Below, one piece after another: positions 7,983 to 18,010 of a stretch of 64,000 nt of DNA (positions are counted from its first letter, which is position 1; each line of letters begins with the position of its first letter). The stretch is from Candidatus Caccopulliclostridium gallistercoris (GTDB lineage Bacteria; Bacillota; Clostridia; Christensenellales; UBA1242): positions 2,486 through 66,485 of the forward strand of contig DVOJ01000007.1 in the NCBI GenBank assembly GCA_018713725.1, given 5' to 3'. The notes beneath the pieces were generated by a model. It was given only the letters and a program-made list of their open reading frames with translations, made no database searches and was not told the origin of the DNA. The position numbers and the translations under genes were made by a program.

Positions 7983-8748
7983 TTTCTTTACAAAGTTCTT
8001 TATTTAAATTTAAAGCCTCTATATATGAATATTTTAATTTTGAATTAAAGGGTACACTTGTGGTTGAAGTGTAGTTTGAAAGCTCTGTTAAATTGTTACA
8101 TAAACTATCAATTTTTAATTTTACGCTTAAAATAGCGCTTGTAAGTTTAGAGTTAAAACTTGCTTCAAAAGTGGTTTTAATTTTATTTACATTAGATAAA
8201 ATGTCACTAAGTTCAACTTTGCAATCTGTTTCAGTTTTTATAGACGTATCCAAACTTACAGATAGGTCGTATAAACTTTGATACGTTGTTTTAAACACGT
8301 TTAACGCAGAATTAATCGCAGATTTTTCGCTTGCTGTAAGGTTGCTTGTTACGCTTATTTCTGGTATTGTTATAGTAATTATGCTAGGCGTGTAGCCCGA
8401 GCCTTCTAAATTTTCTTTTACAAGTTCGGCGTCGTTTTCTTGTTCGTATGCGCTAGCAAGAACGTAGTAAACGGACGCGTCGGAATATATGTAGCCCGCG
8501 CCGCTTTGGCTTTTAACTTGACTAGAACTTTCTTCCGCAGAGCTTAAAAGCGAACTTTGAAACATACTTATTGCATATACGTTATAGGCAGAAATTTTGC
8601 TGGACGAAGAAAAAAGTCCGGTAAAGTTTCCAGCAGTAAGTGCGGTGGAAAATAGGTCGGCAAGAGTTATAGTAAGGGCTATGCTCACGGCGCAAACTAG
8701 AAGCGCAAATAATTTGCCGGAAGACGTCTTTTTTTGTTTTTTTGTCAT
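7966..8748 (-). CDS. N-terminally anchored membrane protein with a possible SPOR-like domain
   Basis: 260 aa with a KK-rich N-terminus and a TM helix (LFALLVCAVSIALTITL). The segment YYVLASAYEQENDAELVKENLEGSGY resembles a SPOR fold. It overlaps the murI 3' end by 17 nt in convergent orientation. Confidence 0.5.
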   Translation of the reverse strand: MTKKQKKTSSGKLFALLVCAVSIALTITLADLFSTALTAGNFTGLFSSSSKISAYNVYAISMFQSSLLSSAEESSSQVKSQSGAGYIYSDASVYYVLASAYEQENDAELVKENLEGSGYTPSIITITIPEISVTSNLTASEKSAINSALNVFKTTYQSLYDLSVSLDTSIKTETDCKVELSDILSNVNKIKTTFEASFNSKLTSAILSVKLKIDSLCNNLTELSNYTSTTSVPFNSKLKYSYIEALNLNKELCKEINNEI

Positions 8749-8837
8749 AGTTGCTTGCTATTTTCCCCCTTTTTGTGCTATCACTTATATTGCTATGAAG
8801 AAGGAGCAAAAAGTATTCTTAAAAGGAGGAATTTATT

Positions 8838-9122
8838 ATGGAATTAAGACCGCTTTTTGACCGTATTGTAATAAAGCCATTAAAAACGGAATCTAAAACA
8901 GAAGGAGGCATAATGCTACCAGCTGTAGCGCAAGAAAAGAGCCAGCTAGCCACTGTGGTTTCAGTGGGCGAAGGCGGACTTGTGGACGGCAAAGAAGTTA
9001 AAATGGTAGTAAAGCCAAAGGATAAAATTTTGTATTCTAAATATGCAGGAACAGAAGTTAAGTTTGAAGGCGAGGAACTAATTGTTATAAGGCAAACAGA
9101 CGTACTCGCAGTTATTGAATAG
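8838..9122 (+). CDS. groES: co-chaperonin GroES
   Basis: 94 aa, MELRPLFDRIVIKP...GGIMLP. AAGGAGG SD. Confidence 0.95.
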   Translation: MELRPLFDRIVIKPLKTESKTEGGIMLPAVAQEKSQLATVVSVGEGGLVDGKEVKMVVKPKDKILYSKYAGTEVKFEGEELIVIRQTDVLAVIE

Positions 9123-9130
9123 GGAGGTAA

Positions 9131-10753
<1,623 letters not shown>

Positions 10754-10771
10754 AAACAATAGATAATTTTG

Positions 10772-10802
10772 AAGTGCACCCAAAAAGGTGCACTTTATTT
10801 TT
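10772..10802 (+). terminator. intrinsic terminator after groEL
   Basis: aagtgcacc-caaaaa-ggtgcactt followed by tattttt. Confidence 0.7.
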
Positions 10803-10847
10803 ATCTATCTTGTTCTATTAAAAAAAGTGTTTCCATAAACTACAAAT

Positions 10848-11933
10848 ATGAAAAAGGTTTTGCCAGCAGTTTTTTTAATTGTGGGAACATTAATAGGCGC
10901 GGGCTTTGCTAGCGGAAGGGAAATCTCCGTTTTCTTTGCAAGGTTCGGCGTGTATAGCCTATTTTTTCTTCCGATTTTATTTATTTTATTCTATTACGTA
11001 TTTAAATTGCTTCTTAGCATTGGTAAAGATAAGGAGTTCGATAACATCTATAAGCTTCACGCATTTACTAAAAATTCCGTGTTTATGAACGCTCTTATTT
11101 GCCTTGCCTTTATTATCTTTACTTCGGCAATGCTTTCCGCGGGAGTGGAACTTTTGTCTTCAAACTTTGTAAGCGTTCCTAGTGCAGTGTTTTATATTGT
11201 AATTTTACTACTATCATTCTTAGTGCTAAAATTCGGGTTTAAAGGGCTTGTAAAAATCAACGCAGTGCTTGTGCCACTTCTTATTTGCACAATTATCACG
11301 TTATGCGTATTTGCTACGTTTAATCCGGTAACAGACGCAGTTTTTGTTCCGGAAAACACTAAGGTTTACGAGCTTCCAATTTCTATGCTCTTATACGCTA
11401 TGGGCAATATTTTGCTTTCATATTACATTATAGTAAAGTCGGGAAGCGGGCTAGACGAAAAGAGGATAAGGCGTGTTAGCATAATATCCTCTTTAATAAT
11501 CTGCCTAGTAATTTTTATTAGCATTGTGTGTTTAATCAAAAACGGCAGTGCCATAATGGAAGCGGATATGCCCTTTGTTGCGCTTTCATATAGAATGGGC
11601 GAAGTATTTAACATATTCTTCATATTTATGGTGCTTATGGCAGTTCTAACTACGCTGTTTTCCGGGCTTTTCACAAGCTATGAAGCGCTTCCATTTAAAA
11701 AGCATAAAAAGCTCTTTACGTTATTTTTAGTATTTGCCATGAGTTTAGTAGGTTTTAAGCAGATAGTTAACTATATCTATCCAATAATAGGAATAATTGG
11801 AATTGTTGTAATTATTCGGCTTGCTTTTAGTTATAGGTCATTTCTTAAACCTAGCTTCAATTCTGGCAACTATGAAGTACATACCCCCAGCAAGCAAGCA
11901 GAGAATGAGCGTTGCCGTCATAACAAGGTCTAG
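10848..11933 (+). CDS. YkvI-family membrane transporter-like protein
   Basis: 361 aa and polytopic. The N-terminus GTLIGAGFASGREISVFF is typical of the YkvI family. The 3' end overlaps the convergent permease gene by 96 nt. Confidence 0.65.
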   Translation: MKKVLPAVFLIVGTLIGAGFASGREISVFFARFGVYSLFFLPILFILFYYVFKLLLSIGKDKEFDNIYKLHAFTKNSVFMNALICLAFIIFTSAMLSAGVELLSSNFVSVPSAVFYIVILLLSFLVLKFGFKGLVKINAVLVPLLICTIITLCVFATFNPVTDAVFVPENTKVYELPISMLLYAMGNILLSYYIIVKSGSGLDEKRIRRVSIISSLIICLVIFISIVCLIKNGSAIMEADMPFVALSYRMGEVFNIFFIFMVLMAVLTTLFSGLFTSYEALPFKKHKKLFTLFLVFAMSLVGFKQIVNYIYPIIGIIGIVVIIRLAFSYRSFLKPSFNSGNYEVHTPSKQAENERCRHNKV

Positions 11934-12680
11934 TCTGAACACCTGACCGCCGTACACAATTAGGTAGCCAAGTCCGGCGCGGCTTGAAAGATATTCTCCC
12001 ATAATTGTTCCAACCCAGCTCATACCAACGTTTATTTTTAACACGGAAATAAAGTCGGCTAAACTTGAAGGCAGAATAAGTTTGAAAAGAATTTGAAACT
12101 TGTTTGCGCCTAGCGATTTCATTAATTGAATTTTATCTTTATCACAGGCTAAAAACGCGTTTAACATAGATATTGTTGTAATAATCAAACAAATCATAAT
12201 ACACATTACAACAATAGACGTAGTGCCAATGCCAAACCAAATTACAATCATAGGCCCAAGAGCTATTTTAGGTAACGCGTTTAAAACTACAATGTAGGGG
12301 TCTAAAATTCTTCTTAGCTTTTCGCTCCACCAAAGAAGTATTGCTATAAGCGTTCCAAGAAGCGTGGCTATAATAAAGCCTAAGAGTGTTTCATAAAGCG
12401 TTACGCCAATGTGTGCCCAAATATCTCCTGTGGCGAACATCTCTCCAAGAGTGTTTATAATTCTAGAAGGGGAACTAAAATAGAACGAATCAAGTATGCC
12501 CACGGCAGTAAATAGTTCCCAAAGTCCAATTATTGCAACAAGTAGTAAAATTTGCGAAGATAAGACTATTGCCTTATCTTTTTTTATTTTTTTCAAATAC
12601 TCTTTGTGTGATGGGGAGAAGTTTAATTCAGCTTTCTTTTTCTTCTTTTTTATCATATTGTATCTCCTTCCAAATTTCAT
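11838..12680 (-). CDS. ABC transporter permease (NitT/TauT, SsuC/ThiX-like family)
   Basis: Six-helix BPD-type permease. The real start may be the Met at 12656 (MIKKKKKK). It overlaps the end of the ATPase gene. Confidence 0.85.
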   Translation of the reverse strand: MKFGRRYNMIKKKKKKAELNFSPSHKEYLKKIKKDKAIVLSSQILLLVAIIGLWELFTAVGILDSFYFSSPSRIINTLGEMFATGDIWAHIGVTLYETLLGFIIATLLGTLIAILLWWSEKLRRILDPYIVVLNALPKIALGPMIVIWFGIGTTSIVVMCIMICLIITTISMLNAFLACDKDKIQLMKSLGANKFQILFKLILPSSLADFISVLKINVGMSWVGTIMGEYLSSRAGLGYLIVYGGQVFRLDLVMTATLILCLLAGGMYFIVARIEARFKK

Positions 12681-13407
12681 CGAATAGTGCTCTAAATTCG
12701 TGCGCTTCGCGCCTTTTAAGCGGCGAGCCGTAGCTTGTTAAGTCTATGTTCATAATCTTTTTTACATACGACGGCCTTTCAGATAAAATAATAACCTTAT
12801 CGGCTAGGCTTATGGCTTCGGATATGTCGTGAGTAACAAGCAGTGCCGTTTTATTTTCGCTTTTTATAATGCTATAAACATCATCACATACGTTAAGCCT
12901 AGTTTGATAGTCTAGGGCAGAAAAAGGCTCATCTAATAGTAAAAGTTTAGGGTCTGTGGCAAGAGTTCTAATAAGGGCAACTCTTTGTCTCATACCGCCG
13001 GAAAGCTCGCGTGGTTTACTTTTAATAAAGTCCTTTAAGCCATATTTTTCAAGAAGATTTTTAACGTTATCCGTCATTAAAGTGTCTTTTTGTTTTTTCT
13101 TAATTTCAAGGCCTAAAATAACATTTTGCCAAATGGTGCGCCATTCAAACAAATGGTCTTTTTGAAACATGTAGCCAATTTTAGAAACGTCAACGGGTTT
13201 GCCGTCAAGAGTTATTTCGCCCTTAGTGGGTTTAAGTAGCCCAGCAATAAGGGAAAGAATAGTAGTTTTACCGCAGCCGCTAGGGCCCACAATCGCGCCA
13301 AACTCGCCTTTATCTAGGGTAAACGATATATTTTTAATAGCTTCAATTTCTTTATCTAACGTGTGATAAATAAAATTGATATTTTTAACATTCAGTACGT
13401 TATTCAT
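12628..13407 (-). CDS. ABC transporter ATP-binding protein (NitT/TauT family)
   Basis: Walker A GPSGCGKTT, signature LSGGMRQR, Walker B LLLLDEPFSALD. Confidence 0.92.
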   Translation of the reverse strand: MNNVLNVKNINFIYHTLDKEIEAIKNISFTLDKGEFGAIVGPSGCGKTTILSLIAGLLKPTKGEITLDGKPVDVSKIGYMFQKDHLFEWRTIWQNVILGLEIKKKQKDTLMTDNVKNLLEKYGLKDFIKSKPRELSGGMRQRVALIRTLATDPKLLLLDEPFSALDYQTRLNVCDDVYSIIKSENKTALLVTHDISEAISLADKVIILSERPSYVKKIMNIDLTSYGSPLKRREAHEFRALFDEIWKEIQYDKKEEKES

Positions 13408-13679
13408 GTGTGTCTCCCATAATTCATTTTATGGGGAAAGGTGTTTTTTAGTGAAATTAAATTAGTAAATTTAAAACTAAATAATTTTTTATAAATCCCT
13501 TAGTTTTACTTATATGATATTTTAAAACACATAATTTTTTAAAATAGAAAAAAGTAATGAAGTGATAAATAAAGTTACAGTCTATTGGAATGTAATTTGA
13601 CGAGTGTGTGGAAATATAAAGCAAAAAAATAAGCGGAACAAAAAAATGAAAAAATTTTAGGAAAGTTTCTTAAATTTAA

Positions 13680-13707
13680 TTGACAAAAATGCGGAGTGGG
13701 GTAGAAT
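13680..13707 (+). promoter_or_regulatory. near-consensus sigma-A promoter (TTGACA-16-TAGAAT)
   Basis: TTGACA at 13680-13685 and TAGAAT at 13702-13707. It sits about 245 nt upstream of the next + strand ORF, in a very AT-rich spacer. Confidence 0.4.
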
Positions 13708-13950
13708 TTATTAGCAAAAAAAATTATGTTATTTTATTATACTATTTATAAACAATTATTACTTTTATATAGATAAAATATATAAGTTAATTATTTATAG
13801 ATTATAATTTAAAAACATAATATATTTGCTTATGTTTATTAAAGAATTTGTTAAATTTGCTTTGATTTTATTGATTTAACCTTATAAATATGCTACACTA
13901 TAAACGAATAATAAATGTTAAATTTAACAAAATAAACAAAGGAGTAAAAA

Positions 13951-15261
13951 ATGAAAAGAACAAGAATAGTAGCACTTGTATCAACACTATGTATATGTCT
14001 TGCAATATTTGCCACAGGAGTATGGGCAATAGCTTCAACTGTTTTATTTAGCTTAAATGGAAATTTAAAATATTATCCAGAGGGTGTATATGTAGAACTA
14101 AGTGGACAGGTATATAGGGGAGATAGTTTAGACACACTAGAGCCAATAACATCAAATTCAAGGTTTACACTAGAAAAACAAACAAACTTTGATGATACAG
14201 ACGGTGAGCCAAGCGGGAACTTTCCAATAAAGACTTGGTATATAGGTAGTTTACCATTTGCTCCACAACTAAGATTTATAAAGATAGAAGTAAATGTAAC
14301 AAACTATTCTGATTTTGATATACAAGGTACAGCTCAAAATACCATAGATGGAACAAATTTAGAAATTACAGATAATGTTTATAATTTGGCTTGTATAGTG
14401 CCCAAAGAGACTATAACTTATGAATTGTTATTGGAGTTAACAGGAACAACAGAAATTGAAAAGACAATAGAAGTTAACTTTGATTTTGAAAAGTTTGTTG
14501 CTCAAGATGCGTCACAATATTCAACCTTAACATTCACCTCTAATGGTGATAGAACGGCACAGGTTAAGGCAAATTCATCAAATAAACCGACAGGAGATTT
14601 GGTAATACCTAAAAAAGTATCTATAGATGGAGTAATCCACAGTGTAACAAGTATAGGTTCTTATGCCTTTAGGAATTGCAGTGGTTTAACCAGTATAGAA
14701 ATTCCAAGCAGTGTAACAAGTATAGGTGATTCTGCCTTTTATGGTTGCAGTAGTTTAACCAGTATAGAAATCCCAAGCAGTGTAACAAGTATAGGTTCTG
14801 CTGCCTTTATGGGTTGCAGTAGTTTAACCAGTATAAAAATCCCAAGCGGTGTAACAAGTATAGGAAGTCTTGCCTTTTCTGGTTGCAGTAGTTTAACCAG
14901 TATAGAAATACCAAACAGTGTAACAAGTATAGGTAATACTGCCTTTTCTGGTTGCAGTAGTTTAACCAGTATAGAAATCCCAAGCAGTGTAACAAGTATA
15001 GGTCCTGCTGCCTTTATGAGTTGCAGTAGTTTAACCAGTATAAAAATCCCAAGCGGTGTAACAAGCATAGGTTCTCTTGCCTTTCATAGTTGCAGTGGTT
15101 TGAAATATATTCACCTTTCAGGAAATCTTACCTCTCCATACTCACTTAGTGGTACATGGCAATATTCAGCTACTGAACTTACTACTCCAACTTTTTCTAC
15201 TACTACTTCATCTATGCAAAGTGCAGGGTGGTATTATCAAAAATCAGCTTGGAATGCTTAA
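13951..15261 (+). CDS. secreted/cell-surface BspA-type leucine-rich-repeat protein
   Basis: 436 aa with an AAAGGAG SD. N-terminal signal/anchor: IVALVSTLCICLAIFATGVWA. Seven SVTSIGxxAFxGCSSLTSIEIPS repeats. AT-rich codon usage. Confidence 0.85.
   Translation: MKRTRIVALVSTLCICLAIFATGVWAIASTVLFSLNGNLKYYPEGVYVELSGQVYRGDSLDTLEPITSNSRFTLEKQTNFDDTDGEPSGNFPIKTWYIGSLPFAPQLRFIKIEVNVTNYSDFDIQGTAQNTIDGTNLEITDNVYNLACIVPKETITYELLLELTGTTEIEKTIEVNFDFEKFVAQDASQYSTLTFTSNGDRTAQVKANSSNKPTGDLVIPKKVSIDGVIHSVTSIGSYAFRNCSGLTSIEIPSSVTSIGDSAFYGCSSLTSIEIPSSVTSIGSAAFMGCSSLTSIKIPSGVTSIGSLAFSGCSSLTSIEIPNSVTSIGNTAFSGCSSLTSIEIPSSVTSIGPAAFMSCSSLTSIKIPSGVTSIGSLAFHSCSGLKYIHLSGNLTSPYSLSGTWQYSATELTTPTFSTTTSSMQSAGWYYQKSAWNA
14641..15123 (+). 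repeat. seven in-frame 69-bp tandem repeats (23-aa LRR units)
   Basis: The units start at 14641, 14710, 14779, 14848, 14917, 14986 and 15055. The central units are nearly identical at the DNA level. Confidence 0.9.
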
Positions 15262-15289
15262 ATTTATAAATAGTATATTTTAGATATGA

Positions 15290-15336
15290 AAAAAAGAATA
15301 GATATTTTGGTATATCCAATTAATCTATTCTTTTAT
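15290..15336. terminator. bidirectional terminator between the convergent LRR gene and the SBP gene
   Basis: aaaagaatagat ... atctattctttt is a 12-bp stem with an inner ttgg/ccaa stem, flanked by A and T runs. Confidence 0.6.
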
Positions 15337-15349
15337 TAATAAAAGTCTT

Positions 15350-16375
15350 TTAGGCCACTAGTTCTGCCATGAGTTCGTTTGCTATGCTGTTGTTTACAAC
15401 TTTGCTGAATGGTACGTTTTCTGGGTTATCTAACTCGCCGGCGTTATCCATTATGTCTAACATTCTGTTGTATGCGCTTTCGCTCATAACGGGCGTTGCG
15501 TTCCATGCGTCAGATGCAATGTAACTATTTATTGCTGTTACTATGTCGTCGTCTGAGAAACTATCAAACGATGGCTTTAAAGCTGCCGCAATTTCTTCAA
15601 CGCTAGCAGATTTTAAGAATTCTAAGCCTCTCATAACTGCCTTTAAGAACTTTTTGGCGTTTTCTCTATTATTTTCTAAATAACTTTTTGTTGCCGTGAA
15701 TGCAGTGTAGGGCACTTCGCCACTTTCTAGACCTACGCTTGCCACAACATAGCCCTTGCCTTGCGTTTCCATGTCACTTGCCGTGGGCTCGAATAGTGTG
15801 CAATATTCGGCGTCTGTGCTATCGAACACGCTTGCAGTTAGGTCGAAAGCTACGTCCGTTCTTAAATTTACTTGGTTAGCTTCCGTACCAATTGTTAAGC
15901 CCGCTTCTTTTTCAATTACGTATTGAAGAGTCATAGCGGGCATACCGCCTTTTCTTCCGCCTATAATTGTTTTACCAACAAGGTCGCTCCATTGGAAGTT
16001 GTTTGTATCCGTTTTTGCAACTATGAAGGAGCCATCACGCTTTGTTAGCTGACCAAACACAACTGGGTGGTCACTTGCTCCGCCGTCTACAACATATACA
16101 GTTGCCTCAGGGCCCAGTAATCCAATATCTGCGCTGCCTGATACAATGGACGTCATACCTTTGTCAGAGCCGCCCGCGTTGGTGAGTTCCACTTCAAGCC
16201 CAGCGTCGTCAAAATATCCGTTATTTAGGGCAACGTAAAGTGGGGCGTAGAAAATGCTATGTGTAACTTCAACTAGTCTTATCTTATTAGAATTTGTGTC
16301 ACCGCAAGCAGTTAGCACAAAAGATAAGCCCAGAATTAGCATTAATCCAGCCATTAAACTTGCTATTTTTTTCAT
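15350..16375 (-). CDS. ABC transporter substrate-binding lipoprotein (NMT1/THI5-like, NitT/TauT family)
   Basis: 341 aa. Lipobox LTAC after the signal peptide. The IRLVEVTHSIFYAPLYVA...GYF segment is typical of NMT1-like binding proteins. Confidence 0.85.
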   Translation of the reverse strand: MKKIASLMAGLMLILGLSFVLTACGDTNSNKIRLVEVTHSIFYAPLYVALNNGYFDDAGLEVELTNAGGSDKGMTSIVSGSADIGLLGPEATVYVVDGGASDHPVVFGQLTKRDGSFIVAKTDTNNFQWSDLVGKTIIGGRKGGMPAMTLQYVIEKEAGLTIGTEANQVNLRTDVAFDLTASVFDSTDAEYCTLFEPTASDMETQGKGYVVASVGLESGEVPYTAFTATKSYLENNRENAKKFLKAVMRGLEFLKSASVEEIAAALKPSFDSFSDDDIVTAINSYIASDAWNATPVMSESAYNRMLDIMDNAGELDNPENVPFSKVVNNSIANELMAELVA

Positions 16376-16508
16376 TAAACCTCCCTTTGACTATAAAAAT
16401 TGTATTCAAAACTAGTAAATTATGTTAAATTTATAAATATTTTTGAAAAAAGTATTGAAAAATTAAAACTTTCGTGATAGAATAGAAACCAAGGAAGAGG
16501 GAGAACTT

Positions 16509-16733
16509 ATGCTTTTATTTGTAGATTTATTAACAAGGCTCGCAATGCCAAATGTAATTACAGGTTTAGTTTTAGCAGCACTTGGTCTTGCTATAACATT
16601 TTTAGCTAGAAAAATTGCAAGGGTTATTAGAAAGGAAAAGGAAATTCCAAACAACGATAACGTTTACTTAATATGTAAAGCTCTTGGTCTTGTAATGATT
16701 TGCGTTGCGCTAATAGTTATGATTATCCAATAA
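16509..16733 (+). CDS. small two-helix membrane protein, 74 aa
   Basis: GGAAGAGGGAG SD. Two hydrophobic helices separated by a basic loop. Confidence 0.55.
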   Translation: MLLFVDLLTRLAMPNVITGLVLAALGLAITFLARKIARVIRKEKEIPNNDNVYLICKALGLVMICVALIVMIIQ

Positions 16734-16740
16734 GTTTTAA

Positions 16741-16766
16741 AGCTTGGCGTTTAGCCAAGTTTTTTA
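16741..16766. terminator. intrinsic terminator
   Basis: cttggc-gttta-gccaag followed by tttttt. Confidence 0.6.
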
Positions 16767-16787
16767 TATTAAAAAATTGCTTAAAAG

Positions 16788-17234
16788 TTATACACTTTTA
16801 AGCAATTTTTCTACTTCGCATCTTGCAAGTTCGTCGCATCTATTATTTAGTTCATTATCGGCATGACCTTTAACCTTATGCCAAGTTATTTTATGAACGT
16901 TTGAAAGTTTTAAAAGTTCTTGCCAAAGTTCCTTATTTAAAACGTCCTTTTTATCCGCCGTTTTCCAGCCGTTTTTTTGCCAGTTGTCAATCCAGCCGTT
17001 GTTAAAGGAATTTATCACGTAAGCGCTATCGGAAAAAACGTCAACCACGCAAGGCTCTTTTAAAGCCTTTAAGCCTTCAATTACGGCAGTAAGTTCCATT
17101 TTGTTATTTGTTGTAAGGTTATCTCCGCCGGAAAGTTCTTTTTTATGTTCGTCGTATATAAGCACGCACGCCCAGCCACCAGCACCGGGGTTTCCCGAGC
17201 AAGCGCCGTCTGAATACAAAGTTATATTTTTCAT
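16788..17234 (-). CDS. rnhA: ribonuclease HI
   Basis: 148 aa. The motifs YSDGACSGNPGAGGWA, TNNKMELTA, DSAYV and KGHADNELNNRCDELA give the D-E-D-D catalytic pattern. Confidence 0.92.
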   Translation of the reverse strand: MKNITLYSDGACSGNPGAGGWACVLIYDEHKKELSGGDNLTTNNKMELTAVIEGLKALKEPCVVDVFSDSAYVINSFNNGWIDNWQKNGWKTADKKDVLNKELWQELLKLSNVHKITWHKVKGHADNELNNRCDELARCEVEKLLKSV

Positions 17235-17329
17235 GACACTATTTTAGAATAAAACAACTTCAAAAATCAAGGCATTTTCAAAGAAAAGACAAATTAGAAT
17301 AAAAATAGTAAATTAGTTAAATAAAAAAG

Positions 17330-17359
17330 TTGACAAATAGTGAAAAATTAGTATATACT
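17330..17359 (+). promoter_or_regulatory. promoter for tRNA-Trp (TTGACA-18-TATACT)
   Basis: TTGACA at 17330-17335 and TATACT at 17354-17359, about 12 nt upstream of the mature tRNA 5' end. Confidence 0.5.
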
Positions 17360-17370
17360 AACAAAGTTTT

Positions 17371-17444
17371 AGGGGTGTAGTTAAACGGTATAGCGATGGT
17401 CTCCAAAACCATTATTGAGGGTTCGATTCCTTCCACCCCTGCCA
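17371..17444 (+). tRNA. trnW: tRNA-Trp (anticodon CCA)
   Basis: I folded a cloverleaf by hand. Acceptor stem AGGGGTG/CACCCCT, anticodon stem ATGGT/ACCAT with loop CTCCAAA, T-loop GGTTCGATTCC, and an encoded CCA end. Confidence 0.9.
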
Positions 17445-17900
17445 CTAGGGAAATTATCGCGCTTTTAGGCGTGATTTTTTTTATAAAAAAATCATCGCCA
17501 TTTACGCGCGTAATTTCCCTAATACGCGCCAGACGAAAACTCCAGCCTTACAGGCTTGGGAGTTTTGCGCGTACTCTCGTGCGAAGTGAACGCTACGAAG
17601 ATAATAAAAGTATGGTTATTGTTGCGCTTTTAGGCGCAATTTTTTTATAAAAAATTGTCGCCGCTTGCGCGCACGTTTTTCCTTTTACCGCCCAAACGCA
17701 AGCTCCAGCTTGAAGTGCTCCCAAAAATTTTTAATTTTTGGGAAAAGGAAAGAACGCGGAGCGACAAGCATAGTTACGTTAGTAACTTGCCTAGCGTAGC
17801 GATTCTTGACGCCTTGGGCGGTACTCTCGTGCGAAGAAAATTCTTCGAAGAAAATAAGATAGTTATGCTGCGCTTTTAGGCGCAATTTTTTTTATTCTTA
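17445..17900 (+). repeat. degenerate tandem array of structured units downstream of tRNA-Trp
   Basis: Three copies of the hairpin plus T-run (tcgcgcttttaggcgtga, ttgcgcttttaggcgcaa, ctgcgcttttaggcgcaa) lie near 17459, 17623 and 17869. There are two copies of gtactctcgtgcgaag (17575 and 17822). Shared ataaaaaa-tcgcc-cgcgc and ctccagc modules are also present. Confidence 0.75.
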
Positions 17901-18010
17901 ATATAAAATTAATATTGGTTTTTCTAAGAAAAATTAATTTTTCCGTACAAGCAAAATTCGACAAAATAGGGCATATAAATACCCTAGGCAAATAGCCTTG
18001 GGAGGCAAAA

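Noticed and set aside
8582-8860. ORFs spanning the divergent promoter region upstream of groES (8597-8860 +, 8582-8809 -)
   Set aside because: They overlap the 5' end of the 7966-8748 gene and the groES SD and start. They have no SD of their own.
14739-15068. 109-aa and 62-aa minus-strand ORFs within the LRR repeats
   Set aside because: The periodic open frames are generated by the 69-bp tandem repeat on the opposite strand of a convincing LRR gene.
16376-16500. TPP (THI-box) riboswitch upstream of the NMT1/THI5-like binding protein gene
   Set aside because: I read the minus-strand leader and found no CUGAGA or ACCUGAUCUGGAUAAUGCCAGCG-type conserved elements. The leader is short and AT-rich.
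17396-17885. Three ORFs of 66-84 aa (17396-17650 +, 17655-17879 +, 17685-17885 -) downstream of tRNA-Trp
   Set aside because: The first begins inside the tRNA gene. All three run through repeated hairpin/T-run units, have no SD and have repeat-driven composition. I treat the region as non-coding repeats.
17459-17895. Possible CRISPR array, because of three similar palindromic repeats
   Set aside because: The repeats are only about 18 nt and are followed by T-runs, so they look like terminators. The spacing is irregular (about 165 and 245 nt), the 'spacers' share homologous modules, and there are no cas genes in the window.
17445-17900. Integrated element or prophage attachment site at tRNA-Trp
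   Set aside because: There is no integrase, no duplicated copy of the tRNA 3' end, and housekeeping sigK follows immediately.
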